60,403 nucleotides of DNA. Source: Firmicutes bacterium CAG:582. Its GTDB lineage: Bacteria > Bacillota_I > Bacilli_A > RF39 > UBA660. Made by a program: the position numbers and the translations under genes. Every line of letters starts with the position of its first letter. Within the stretch, counting starts at the first letter, position 1. This document shows positions 10,009 through 19,875 of the stretch, one piece after another. Location of the stretch: NCBI GenBank assembly GCA_000435515.1, contig FR884157.1, positions 17,920 through 78,322 of the forward strand. The letters are read 5' to 3'. Under the pieces are notes generated by a model. That model was not told the origin of the DNA, ran no database searches, and saw only the letters and a program-made list of their open reading frames with translations.

Positions 10009-10752
10009 ATGAAAGAATTTTATATCCTTATACTTTTATTTTATTGCTATTCATTTATCGGATGGCTTATAGAAATAGTAGTAACTTTATTAAAAATGCA
10101 CAAATTCGTTAACCGAGGATTTTTAATTGGTCCAATGTGTCCAATATATGGTTTTGGTGGAGTTCTAATAACATTGCTTTTAAACAATTATGCAAAAGAT
10201 CCTTTAGTTTTATTCATAATGGCGATTGTTCTATGTGCAACCCTTGAATATATTACTTCATATATTATGGAAAAAGTATTTAAAAATCGTTGGTGGGACT
10301 ATAGTGATCAAAAATTTAATATCAACGGACGAATTTGTCTAGAGTGCGCTATTCCTTTTGGTATCGCTGGTATTGTAATGTTTTATGGAATAAACCCATT
10401 TTTAATAAACTTGTTTTCAATATTTAATATGATAACATTAAGAATAATTTGCTACGCATTATTAGGAATTACGTTAATTGATATAATTTTATCGTTTAAC
10501 ATTATAATGTCATTAAAGAACATATCCAATACAATAAGATGTGATTCTACAGAAATAATTACTAAAAAAGTTAAAGAGATATTAAGTAGTAAAACTTTTT
10601 TACATAAAAGATTAGTTGCATCATTTCCTGATATGAAAGTTTTCAATAAAATAATCGTACTAAAAAATAAATTAAACAAGGATAAAAATAGACTTAATGA
10701 AGAATTAAAAGAAACAAAAAGAAGATCAAAGAAAAAGAAATCAAAAAAATGA
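10009..10752 (+). CDS. membrane protein of the putative ABC-transporter type IV family (PF06541-like)
   Basis: YCYSFIGWLIEIV...NRGFL.GP.CPIYGFG signature, multiple TM helices and a K-rich C-tail. Confidence 0.6.
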   Translation: MKEFYILILLFYCYSFIGWLIEIVVTLLKMHKFVNRGFLIGPMCPIYGFGGVLITLLLNNYAKDPLVLFIMAIVLCATLEYITSYIMEKVFKNRWWDYSDQKFNINGRICLECAIPFGIAGIVMFYGINPFLINLFSIFNMITLRIICYALLGITLIDIILSFNIIMSLKNISNTIRCDSTEIITKKVKEILSSKTFLHKRLVASFPDMKVFNKIIVLKNKLNKDKNRLNEELKETKRRSKKKKSKK

Positions 10753-10766
10753 TTTCTTTTTTCTAT

Positions 10767-11531
10767 TTAACAAGTTTTTTCATCAATTGAACATGTATTA
10801 GTATCAGTATTTAACTTATCAAACATACAATTAAATTGTTCTTTAATTTTACATTTGATTCCTTCATCGATTTCCATATATGGATCAGTTAATTCCTTTA
10901 CTATTCCACTTTCCATACTTATAGCTTCCCCATTTTTTACAACTACCACATTTGGAGCATAAATTCTTTTTTCATCAATTTTAACTTCTTTAGTTTTTCC
11001 TTTTTTAGTTTCATATTTTAAAGGATTATAATCAGTTAAAACAGGATTTAGAAGTTCAAGTAAACGATAATATGCATCTGTTCCTTCTTTAGTACGAACA
11101 GGTTCATTACTATCATTTAATTCATATGTATCACGAATTTCTTTTATATCAACATAGTATACTTTTTTTACACCTTTTTCTAATGATGAATCAATAAGTG
11201 ATGTCATTACACTTCTACACCATGGACAAGTACTAAATCCAAAATATACAGTAAAAGTTTTATCTTCTTCAATCATCTTAACTAACTCTTCGGCAGTTTT
11301 ATAAACAAACGGATTATTATCAGCAATTGTTAATTCTCTTACTTTTTTTCCATTTCCTAGGTCATTATTATTAACACTCTCATATTCATTTTTAAATTTA
11401 TAAGCATCTGTTACTGTAGTTATTGGAATATCATGCTCTGCATACAATTCAGAAAATATATATACTATTCCAACTGTCACCAATAAGAATAAACAGATTA
11501 CAAATATTATTGTTCTTTTCTTCTTGTTCAT
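10767..11531 (-). CDS. membrane-anchored thioredoxin-fold protein
   Basis: N-terminal TM anchor. C-P-W-C redox motif in FGFSTCPWCRS. Confidence 0.65.
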   Translation of the reverse strand: MNKKKRTIIFVICLFLLVTVGIVYIFSELYAEHDIPITTVTDAYKFKNEYESVNNNDLGNGKKVRELTIADNNPFVYKTAEELVKMIEEDKTFTVYFGFSTCPWCRSVMTSLIDSSLEKGVKKVYYVDIKEIRDTYELNDSNEPVRTKEGTDAYYRLLELLNPVLTDYNPLKYETKKGKTKEVKIDEKRIYAPNVVVVKNGEAISMESGIVKELTDPYMEIDEGIKCKIKEQFNCMFDKLNTDTNTCSIDEKTC

Positions 11532-11647
11532 TTTATTGCCTCATTTCTTTAAAATATTATAACAAACATATATAAAAAAATAAATAAAAAAAATAAATTG
11601 AGTTATAATGTCCAATGTAGTATAATTTCATTAGTATTGGGGACGAT

Positions 11648-13462
11648 GTGATGAAAAGATTTTTTAATAAATTTAAAAAAACAAAACTGAGCACAAGATT
11701 AGTTTATTTATTTGTAACAATTATATTTATTGGAAGTTATAGTTACTTATTTAAATCACTTTTGTTGCTTAATAATATAGAAAATAACTTAAGAATTATT
11801 GGACTTATTTCCTTAGGAATAATGTTATTATTTTATGTTTTTGGTTCTCTTCTTTTACTTTTATCAAAGAAGAATAAAACTGTAATCGCATTATCCTTCC
11901 TAGCTATGATTATTTCTAGTTTTTCTATCATTGCATCACTTGCCATAAATCGTGTATATGGTCTCTTAGATAATATGAGTAAAGATAAAATTTTATATAC
12001 AACTAATATGATTTTAAAAAAAGATAAAGAATTTGTTAATGATGAGTCATTTAAAGTAGGTATCTTAAACAATGAAACAGATGTAGAAGGAAATGTTTTA
12101 CCAAAAGAATATATAAAGAAAAATAATTTAAAGATAAATGTAAGTGAATATAATTCAAACTTTGAATTGCTTGAAAAATTATATAATGGTGAACTTGATG
12201 CTATCTTTATTACAAGCAATTATGTGATCAATTATGAATCATACGAATCATATAAGAACATTGAAAACGATACTAAAATAGAATTTACTTATTCTAAAGA
12301 ATTAAAAAATCAAGATATCATTGAAAATCCAACAACCGTAGATAAACCTTTTACAGTTTTAATAATGGGTGTTGATTCCACAAGTGATGTATTAAATGCT
12401 AATCAAGCTTTTAATGGAGACACACTTATGCTTATAAGCTTTAATCCTCATACATTAAATGCGACTGTATTTTCAATACCAAGAGATACCTATGTACCAA
12501 TTGCTTGCTTAAAAGGAGAATCATCAAAGATTAATTCCTCTGCAGCTTACGGATCTACTTGTGTAATAAATACGATTGAAAACTTAGTTGATATAAAAAT
12601 AGATTACTATGTAAAAATTAATTTTAAAGGCGTTGTTGATTTAGTTAATGCTTTAGGAGGCATCGATATAACTGTTCCAGAAAAAATAAATTTTTGTGAG
12701 CAAAACTCAAAAAGAAGTAAAAAGGCTCAAGATTTACAATGTATAAAAAGTGGATATCAACATATGGATGGAGAAAAGGCCCTAGCGTTTGCAAGACATA
12801 GACATACGCTTCCAGCAGGAGATTTCCAAAGAGTTCAACACCAACAATTAGTAGTTGAGGCAATTGCAAATTCAGCTAAGAATTTAAAAAATGTTGATGC
12901 TTTCTTTAAAGTACTTGATTCCGTTTCAGCAAATATTGATACAAACATGTCAACAAATCAAATGATGAATTTATATAATGTTGGTAAATCAATGTTATTT
13001 AGTGGAAACTTGGGTTCTATGATAAATATTCAAAAGACTTATCTTACAGGATATGACTTAACAATGTATGTAAATAATTTAAGAGCATCTGTGTATACAT
13101 TCCAATATTATGAACAAAGTCTTGAAGAAATTAAACATGCTTTAAAAGTTACTCTTGAACTTGAAAAAAATGATCCAGTAAAAACATTTAATTTCTCAGT
13201 AAATGACACATATCAAATTCCTGTTATTGGAAAAAAATATTATACAGTAAAAAGACAAGAATCAATTCCTAATTTTAAAAATAAATCAATTGAATATGCA
13301 AAAAGTTGGTGTCAACCAAGAAGTATAAGTGTAGTTGAAAACCATGTACAAAACACAAATTACACTGATGGAACAATCATTAATCAAAGTGTTAGAAATG
13401 GTATTTTAACTACAGGAATATCATCTATAACATTTGATGTAGTCAAAAACGAGCAAGATTAA
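11648..13462 (+). CDS. LytR-CpsA-Psr (LCP) family cell-wall polymer ligase
   Basis: N-terminal TM helices, then VLIMGVDS...DTLMLISFNP...SIPRDTYV...INSSAAYG...DYYVKINFKGVVDLVNALGGIDI. 604 aa with an extra C-terminal domain. Confidence 0.85.
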   Translation: MMKRFFNKFKKTKLSTRLVYLFVTIIFIGSYSYLFKSLLLLNNIENNLRIIGLISLGIMLLFYVFGSLLLLLSKKNKTVIALSFLAMIISSFSIIASLAINRVYGLLDNMSKDKILYTTNMILKKDKEFVNDESFKVGILNNETDVEGNVLPKEYIKKNNLKINVSEYNSNFELLEKLYNGELDAIFITSNYVINYESYESYKNIENDTKIEFTYSKELKNQDIIENPTTVDKPFTVLIMGVDSTSDVLNANQAFNGDTLMLISFNPHTLNATVFSIPRDTYVPIACLKGESSKINSSAAYGSTCVINTIENLVDIKIDYYVKINFKGVVDLVNALGGIDITVPEKINFCEQNSKRSKKAQDLQCIKSGYQHMDGEKALAFARHRHTLPAGDFQRVQHQQLVVEAIANSAKNLKNVDAFFKVLDSVSANIDTNMSTNQMMNLYNVGKSMLFSGNLGSMINIQKTYLTGYDLTMYVNNLRASVYTFQYYEQSLEEIKHALKVTLELEKNDPVKTFNFSVNDTYQIPVIGKKYYTVKRQESIPNFKNKSIEYAKSWCQPRSISVVENHVQNTNYTDGTIINQSVRNGILTTGISSITFDVVKNEQD

Positions 13463-13480
13463 ATTCTTGCTTTTTTCATG

Positions 13481-13508
13481 AAAAAATACCAGATTACACT
13501 GGTATTAT
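13481..13508. repeat. 28-bp direct repeat, copy 1 (terminator hairpin plus relic of amidase 3' end)
   Basis: aaaaaataccagattacActggtattat matches 15591-15618 at 27/28 positions. It contains the hairpin ataccag-N6-ctggtat. Confidence 0.85.
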
Positions 13509-13516
13509 GACTTTTT

Positions 13517-13858
13517 CTATTTACAACTTCTTTGATCGTTTATAGTTTTAACAATAACTTCATATCGATTTAGTATATCATCTGAAAGAATTGATTCCAT
13601 AGCAGGTATACTAGCATTCATCATCAAATCAACTGATCTATCCAATAAAATATTATGGATTTCAAGTGACTCATCATGAGTTACAATATTCAAATTTTCA
13701 TGTTCACAATAATAACTAACCCACTTAATCAATTCATTAAGAACTTTCTCATAATCGTTTTTTGCTACCCTTAAAGATTTTAAGTTAATAGCTATTGTTA
13801 ACTTACCTATAATATCCGCAAAATCTCTAATCAATGTTTGACTAATCACAAAATTCAC
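13517..13858 (-). CDS. hypothetical protein (113 aa)
   Basis: ORF only. It is the last gene of the repeat-flanked cassette. Confidence 0.4.
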   Translation of the reverse strand: MNFVISQTLIRDFADIIGKLTIAINLKSLRVAKNDYEKVLNELIKWVSYYCEHENLNIVTHDESLEIHNILLDRSVDLMMNASIPAMESILSDDILNRYEVIVKTINDQRSCK

Positions 13859-13927
13859 CTAACTTTCTCTCTATAATTTTTTAAATATTCGGTAATTTTA
13901 CATTTTCTCATAAAGTATACTTATTTC

Positions 13928-14779
13928 TTAAGATTCCTCCAATTCCTTTGTTTCCTTATATTCATAATCTAATCTATTTTGTTTAGTAACAATAGATTCT
14001 CCTAAATTTCTTTCTATATCTTCCCTTGCAACTTTTGCTGCATGTCCACCCATTCTAGCAATTTCTTTGTTTGGCTCTAAGCCTTGTGGTTTATGTTTTT
14101 CTGCTAGTCTTTTTGCAGTTTCTTCTGATAAATCAGTTAATATTATTTCAATATTATCCATATTGTCTCTCAAAGACTCTTTACGAAGTCCTTTATATTG
14201 TTTATATTCTTTTGCAGTCATACCAGACCACTCTTTATAAATTTCGTTGGTTAATATTGCAAATTCTTTACCTTCAGTTATACCGTTTTCTTGCCAAACA
14301 TCCGTTAATTCTTTTCTATCTTGAATTCCTTTTAATCTTTTTGAAATCCATTTTTCATCGTAACCTTTTGCACGATATATATCTATTGCTCTTTGAGCTG
14401 CAAGTGATGGATCAAATACTTCATCAATTCTTTCACTTCCTAATTTAGCTAACCATACTTTTATTGGTTCTGCATTTTTGCTAGGAATTGATTCAATTAT
14501 TCTAAACATTCCTTCTATATCAACAACATCTGTCAATCTATATTTGCCGTCTTGAGCTTTTAATTTCAACTGGTGACAATTTGTCACCGTTTCATTACCT
14601 TCTTCTTTTAATCGTTGTTTTAATTTATTCCAATACTTTCTACTATCCTTACTTTCCGAAATTACTCCAACTATATCAACAACACTGATATAATATTTTT
14701 CATCTTCTTTATCCCATACAGTTCTTATTGTTTCATTATTAAATATTTTATTAATTAAATGCATTTTATCTTGATTCAT
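13928..14779 (-). CDS. Bro-N domain protein, DinD-like (DNA-damage-inducible protein D family)
   Basis: The N-terminus ..IRTVWDKEDEKYYISVVDIVGVISES...RKYWNKLKQRL is typical Bro-N. The remainder resembles DinD-type proteins (~280 aa). Confidence 0.6.
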   Translation of the reverse strand: MNQDKMHLINKIFNNETIRTVWDKEDEKYYISVVDIVGVISESKDSRKYWNKLKQRLKEEGNETVTNCHQLKLKAQDGKYRLTDVVDIEGMFRIIESIPSKNAEPIKVWLAKLGSERIDEVFDPSLAAQRAIDIYRAKGYDEKWISKRLKGIQDRKELTDVWQENGITEGKEFAILTNEIYKEWSGMTAKEYKQYKGLRKESLRDNMDNIEIILTDLSEETAKRLAEKHKPQGLEPNKEIARMGGHAAKVAREDIERNLGESIVTKQNRLDYEYKETKELEES

Positions 14780-14891
14780 TTATAACCTCCTCCTCTATTT
14801 CAAATTTAAATAACTCAATAACATCTTTACATTTTTTGCGTTGTATCCTATATACTAATATCTTATTGTTAGATAATTATTTTTTTTATTA

Positions 14892-15515
14892 CTAATACAT
14901 CATATCTATAAAAGTCATTACAACGTCTTTTATACCCATTTTTTCTGCGTACAAAGATAGCTTGTTGAGATCTTTATCCTTTCTTTTTAAATACTTTCTT
15001 ACACTATATTTAATAAGTTCTAAATCTATTCTATTTTTAGATCTAATAATATCACATATACATCTTTCAATATCATATGCTTTAACTTTATTACCCATAG
15101 GAGTTTTTACTTCAATAAGGCCAAGTTCATAAATATCATTATCAACATAAAACACATTATGTTTTCTTAAGTGAATACTATTATAGTTTCTCTTTACAGT
15201 TATATCATAGACTCCATTTGGATCTTTTAAAGATAATCCATGAAAATATAAAGCTGTTATGTGAGAAAATATTACATTAGGCATACTTATACCGAAAACA
15301 TAATAATTATCAACATTATTTTTAGTATCAATATAAATACCTGATGCCACTTTTTTTATAATACATTTATCCTGCATAATTGAAAGATACATTCTGTGTA
15401 TATCAAACATATCAAGTTCTTTTGAAGTAATATATCCATTATTTCTTTTCATAAGTTCTTCAATAATTTCGATATTGCTCTTATCTTGAAACTCCTTTAT
15501 AGTTAATTTTTCCAT
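14892..15515 (-). CDS. AbiEi-like (type IV TA antitoxin / wHTH regulator family) protein
   Basis: N-terminal GYITSKEL....L......II.KVASGIYID and C-terminal ERCICDIIRS. It is a clear paralogue of ORF 25893-26501. Confidence 0.65.
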   Translation of the reverse strand: MEKLTIKEFQDKSNIEIIEELMKRNNGYITSKELDMFDIHRMYLSIMQDKCIIKKVASGIYIDTKNNVDNYYVFGISMPNVIFSHITALYFHGLSLKDPNGVYDITVKRNYNSIHLRKHNVFYVDNDIYELGLIEVKTPMGNKVKAYDIERCICDIIRSKNRIDLELIKYSVRKYLKRKDKDLNKLSLYAEKMGIKDVVMTFIDMMY

Positions 15516-15590
15516 ATAACACCTTTTGACTTTTCTACTTAAATTATATTACATTCAGTGAATAAGTCAAGTTAGAATTTATATTTGCAA

Positions 15591-15618
15591 AAAAAATACC
15601 AGATTACGCTGGTATTAT
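15591..15618. repeat. 28-bp direct repeat, copy 2 (true amidase stop codon plus terminator)
   Basis: aaaaaataccagattacGctggtattat overlaps the amidase stop at 15604-15606. On the minus strand the hairpin is followed by a T-run. Confidence 0.85.
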
Positions 15619-16362
15619 TAATTCTTTTCCTATACTCAAAACATTACTAGTTAAGTTATTAGCAACTTTTATAGCATTAACTGTTGTATTATATTTTCTT
15701 GCTATTGAATATAATGTATCTCCTGGTTTTACTATATGTGTTTTTACATCAAAACTGTTTGGTATAATAAGTTCTTGTCCAATTGATAAGGTATCTGATT
15801 TTAAATTATTAAGTTCTTTAATTTTGCTAACTGTTGTACTATATTTTTTAGCTATTGAATAAAGAGTATCACCTTTCTCAACCACATATGCATTAGTAGT
15901 TTGATCTTTCTTTTTATCGTTAACTAACAATTTTTGATTAACAGAAATCATATTGTTTTTTAAATTGTTCAAATCTTTTAACTTATCAACAGTTATTCCG
16001 TATTTTTTAGCTATTGAATATAATGTATCTCCTGATTTAACAATATAATAGTCTAGATCATCTTTGGAGTAACCAATATAATCTAAAAGAGCTTCTAAAG
16101 TTGCATATGCATAACGTTCATAATTTTTCTTTAATTTAGCTGCGTCTTTAGTATTATCCAAAAAGCCATATTCCACAATTATTGATTCATAAGGAGCTGT
16201 ATCTCTTAACATAAAATAATAATCTTTACTTGGATTAGATGTTCCACGTTTTTGATAGTATTTTCTGATTGTTTGACCATTTTTAGCAAGCTCATTTAAC
16301 ACTTTGGAGGACAAAGTTTCATTATTACGTAGAGCATAAATTACTTCGGCGCCTTCAGCACC
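15604..16362 (-). pseudogene. C-terminal fragment of N-acetylmuramoyl-L-alanine amidase (end of Amidase_3 domain plus 3 LysM repeats)
   Basis: It begins mid-domain with GAEGAEVIYALRNN. There are three repeats of Y.VK.GDTLYSIAKKY..TV..I...NNL.S..L.IGQ.L. It has no native start; the TTG in the ORF track is fortuitous. Confidence 0.85.
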
Positions 16363-16384
16363 AGGCAATAATCAAAGTGTAACG
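16363..16384. repeat. left terminal inverted repeat / att half-sites
   Basis: aggcaataatcaAAgtgtaacg is the reverse complement of 29111-29131 except for the central AA/TT. Confidence 0.85.
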
Positions 16385-16389
16385 TTTTG

Positions 16390-17241
16390 CTATTTTTTTG
16401 ATAAATTCATTATATAATTTCCAACTACTTCTTTATTTTCATTTATCTCTTGTTGTAAATTCGACCAATCATTTTTCAGTTTTTCTACTTCATCTTTATA
16501 TTTATCTGTAAAGTGTTCATTAATTTCCCAATGAAGGTAATCTTTATATTTATTAGTATAATCTTCTGTTAACTTATTTTTATCTACCCTAGAACATAAT
16601 AGTGTAAATCCCATGAATATACAAAAGGCATCTATATGGTCTTTATTATCATTAGTTAAATATATTAAAGATGAATATATTAATATTTCTAAAAAATAAG
16701 CAATTAGATAAAAATATAAAGCAAATAAATCTTCATCATTATTTTTATTAACTTCTATCATCATACTAACTACAATTGAACTATGTGTATACAAACATAA
16801 CTTTTCATAAGTTTCTTCTAATAATGATTGTAATTCATCATCCTCAAATTCTTCAAATAAAACTGGATTAATTTCTTTTAATTTAGATTTAAAATTATTT
16901 AATATTGCTGTAGGACGAGTATTTTTGCTTTTACCACATTTTTCTAAATTTTTAAATTCTTCAAATGTCTCTGTTGGGTCAAAAAATATCATCATTGCCA
17001 TCATTATTTTTTCCATACACGAACGCATCAATGTTGCAGAATCCACTAAGTCTTTTTTTCTTAAAAGTTTATAAACATTATTAATTGTATTATTAGCTTG
17101 TTGTAATAGATTAATTGTTTCAATACTAACATCTTCTGTAACCGATAAATTCTTCAGATATTTCTTTATATATCTTCTCATTGGTTTTACAAAATTAGTC
17201 TTTACTAATTGTTCAACAAATATCATATTCTTTTCTTCCAT
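16390..17241 (-). CDS. hypothetical helical protein (283 aa), downstream of the recombinase
   Basis: ORF with a good SD (aggggga-N5-ATG). No motif recognised. Confidence 0.5.
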   Translation of the reverse strand: MEEKNMIFVEQLVKTNFVKPMRRYIKKYLKNLSVTEDVSIETINLLQQANNTINNVYKLLRKKDLVDSATLMRSCMEKIMMAMMIFFDPTETFEEFKNLEKCGKSKNTRPTAILNNFKSKLKEINPVLFEEFEDDELQSLLEETYEKLCLYTHSSIVVSMMIEVNKNNDEDLFALYFYLIAYFLEILIYSSLIYLTNDNKDHIDAFCIFMGFTLLCSRVDKNKLTEDYTNKYKDYLHWEINEHFTDKYKDEVEKLKNDWSNLQQEINENKEVVGNYIMNLSKK

Positions 17242-17306
17242 TTTGTTCCCCCTATAAGTAGTTTATCTATTTCTATGTTTTCCTTGTTCCAATAGGAACA
17301 AAGTTT

Positions 17307-18896
17307 TTAAATATTATTTAATATACTAAATTTGTAAATTATTTCAATATTTTTATCTTTATCTATTACTATTTTATCAATGATAGCTTGCATTAATTCC
17401 CTAGTTGGATTTTCTAAGTCAATTAATGCTTCTATTTTATCCTCATATTTTTTTACATCATCTGTCTTATTTTGCATATCCTTTTCATCTGCCTTTAACT
17501 TCTTTATTTCAGTCCTTGATTTAGTTAACAATACTTCAGTTTCATTAGCTATTCTTTTATACATCTCATCTGATACTAATCCTCTAAACTTATCTTCATA
17601 TAGCATATCTAATTTATTAAGAAGATCTTTTTCTTTTTTTTCTAAATCAAATATTCTTGCTTCTATTTTAAGATTATTTTTCTTTCTATCTTTTAATTCA
17701 AGTGCAAGATTTGGTACATTAATCGCTTCCAAATACTTTTTACATGTGTTTTTAATAACTTCTAGTAATGCTTCTTCTAATTTATCATAAGGCATAAAAT
17801 GTGGATAACATAAATGTCTTCTTGGATCTCTTGAATACTTATTACAATTAATTGTCCAATAATCATGATTCTTTCTATAAGTAATAGTTAGTGTATTGCT
17901 GCATTCCTTACAATATAATAGATTTTCAAATAATCTTTTTTCTCTTTTAGTTATATTAGTAATATTGGTTCTTTTAACATTTCCTTGTATTTTTTCAAAA
18001 ATCATTCTATCTACAAGAGGTTCATGAGTATTTTTAACTATAATCCAATTTTCTTTTGGAACGGCCAATTTCTTTTTAGTTTTATACCCTCTTTTATACT
18101 GAATATTTTGAACCATATCACCAACATACATTTGATTTTTAAGTATCTTTTTAACAGAAGATATTGTCCAAATAGAATTATATTTACTCCTTGCGCGAGG
18201 ATTTTTTCTTTTGAGACTACTTGGTGTTTTAATTTTACTATCATTTAAATAAGTAGTTATTTCTGATAAACCAACTCCATCATTAGCCATTTCAAATATT
18301 TTCTTAACCACAGGTGCATATTCAGGATCTGGTAGTAAGTGTCCTTTATCATTAGGATCTCTCATATATCCATAACTTGGAGCACTACCAATAAATTTTC
18401 CTTTTCTTTTTTTATATTCTAATACATTTCTAATTTTAACTGAATTTTGTTTACTATAAAAATCATTACATGCAAATATAAACATTACAGAATCATTACT
18501 TGATTTTAATTTAAAATTATCATAACTTTCTTGTATAGATATAAATCTTATACCATTTTCAGGAAAATAATTTTCAACATAATAACCTGTTAGTATATGA
18601 TCTCTTCCTAATCTTGATAAATCTTTAACTATTACAAGATTTATGAGTCCTTTTTTCAAATCTTCCATCATTAGATTAAATCCCGGTCTATCAAAATCAG
18701 TACCAGAATAGCCATCATCAACATATTCTCCTACAAAGATAAAACCATTGTCCTTTACGAATTTCATTAGCATATTTCTTTGATTAAGGACACTCTCACT
18801 TTCTGATTCGTAAGATTTTCCTTGATCGGCTTCAGATAATCTTATATATATTCCTGCTTTGTAAAACTCTGGTGCTTTTACTGTATTGTTATACAT
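17307..18896 (-). CDS. large serine recombinase (integrase)
   Basis: Resolvase-type N-terminus AGIYIRLSEADQ, DGYSGTDFDRPGF and VKDLSRLGRD. It also has a recombinase domain, a Cys-rich zinc ribbon (CKECSN...NCNKY...C) and a C-terminal coiled coil. 529 aa; SD aaggag. Confidence 0.9.
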   Translation of the reverse strand: MYNNTVKAPEFYKAGIYIRLSEADQGKSYESESESVLNQRNMLMKFVKDNGFIFVGEYVDDGYSGTDFDRPGFNLMMEDLKKGLINLVIVKDLSRLGRDHILTGYYVENYFPENGIRFISIQESYDNFKLKSSNDSVMFIFACNDFYSKQNSVKIRNVLEYKKRKGKFIGSAPSYGYMRDPNDKGHLLPDPEYAPVVKKIFEMANDGVGLSEITTYLNDSKIKTPSSLKRKNPRARSKYNSIWTISSVKKILKNQMYVGDMVQNIQYKRGYKTKKKLAVPKENWIIVKNTHEPLVDRMIFEKIQGNVKRTNITNITKREKRLFENLLYCKECSNTLTITYRKNHDYWTINCNKYSRDPRRHLCYPHFMPYDKLEEALLEVIKNTCKKYLEAINVPNLALELKDRKKNNLKIEARIFDLEKKEKDLLNKLDMLYEDKFRGLVSDEMYKRIANETEVLLTKSRTEIKKLKADEKDMQNKTDDVKKYEDKIEALIDLENPTRELMQAIIDKIVIDKDKNIEIIYKFSILNNI

Positions 18897-19106
18897 TTAT
18901 ACTCCTTTCTTCTTGTATAACAAATTAAAGCCAATTATATTGTACCATAAAGAACAATATAACACCATTGTTCTACTCATTATCCATCACTCTTTTTATA
19001 TAATTAGTTATCAACAAGGTCAAATTAGGAGAATCTTTTTTAAATGTTTCTATTATATTAAACATAAGTCACCTCTTTATAGTGTATGACTTTGTTAAAC
19101 AATTAA

Positions 19107-19619
19107 TTATTCATCTCCTTTTGTTATTTCATTTATTAATGCTTCTAATTTTTTAATTTCCTCTTCACTCATAGGTTCTGGTACTGTAGGTTTACCATTC
19201 CAAGATATGATATTACCTTTATCATCATATTCTATAACAGGACCTATATTTTTTCTTATATTATTATTTTTATTATATTGTTTAAAGTTTTCTTGAATAC
19301 TAGTATTAAGATTTTCTTGTATATCCGATATTCTTTTTTTGAATGCCTCTGATATTTTAATTTTTCTTTTTTCTTTCTTAATGTGCTTTACAACAATATA
19401 ACCATATTTAGATAAACTACTTATACTCTTTGATATTGTTTGTTTACTAACACCAAATCTCTCACTAAAATACTCATTAGTAGCCCAACAATATCACATT
19501 TTCTTGCAAAGTGACAAAATATAAATTAATAGTAATCTTTCAAGTGGTGTTAAATTCTTATCTCCCAATAAACTTGTTGGAAAAACTAATTTAATAAAAG
19601 GTTCAATATCTCTTTCCAT
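19107..19619 (-). pseudogene. winged-HTH (HTH_36 / replication-initiator-like) gene interrupted by one in-frame TGA
   Basis: My own translation gives MERDIEPF...LTPLERLLLIYILSLCKKM-TGA-YCWATNEYFSERFGVSKQTISKSISSLSKYGYIVV... The frame is 171 codons long with a stop at codon 42 (19494-19496). Confidence 0.55.
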
Positions 19620-19875
19620 ATTCATTGATATAAGATTACCTTAATAGTCTATTATTTGTCAGTCTTTTAGAGCATAAGAAAAAGAACTGAACAAAGAATA
19701 GTACAGCAATTCTAGAAATACACTAGTACTTCCCTTTAATTTTGGCACTTCATTCTTGTTAAGTTCTTATTGAGAACATTGCATAAACTTCCTTTAATAA
19801 AGTCGACTTTTTCGAGCACACTCGTTGTGCCCTAATTTAATTATAGCAAATTTTTGCAAAAATTTCAATCTTTGC

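Noticed and set aside
18886-19089. A 67-aa plus-strand ORF lies between the recombinase gene and the wHTH pseudogene.
   Set aside because: It sits in the recombinase promoter region, has no SD, and its composition is low-complexity and Y/I/K-rich.
19620-19875. A 256-nt ORF-free stretch inside the element contains small palindromes (gcaca-ctcgt-tgtgc, gcaaa-ttt-ttgc). It might be an oriT/ori site or a terminator.
   Set aside because: The stems are only 5 bp with no T-run and no repeated iterons, which is not enough evidence for any specific function.
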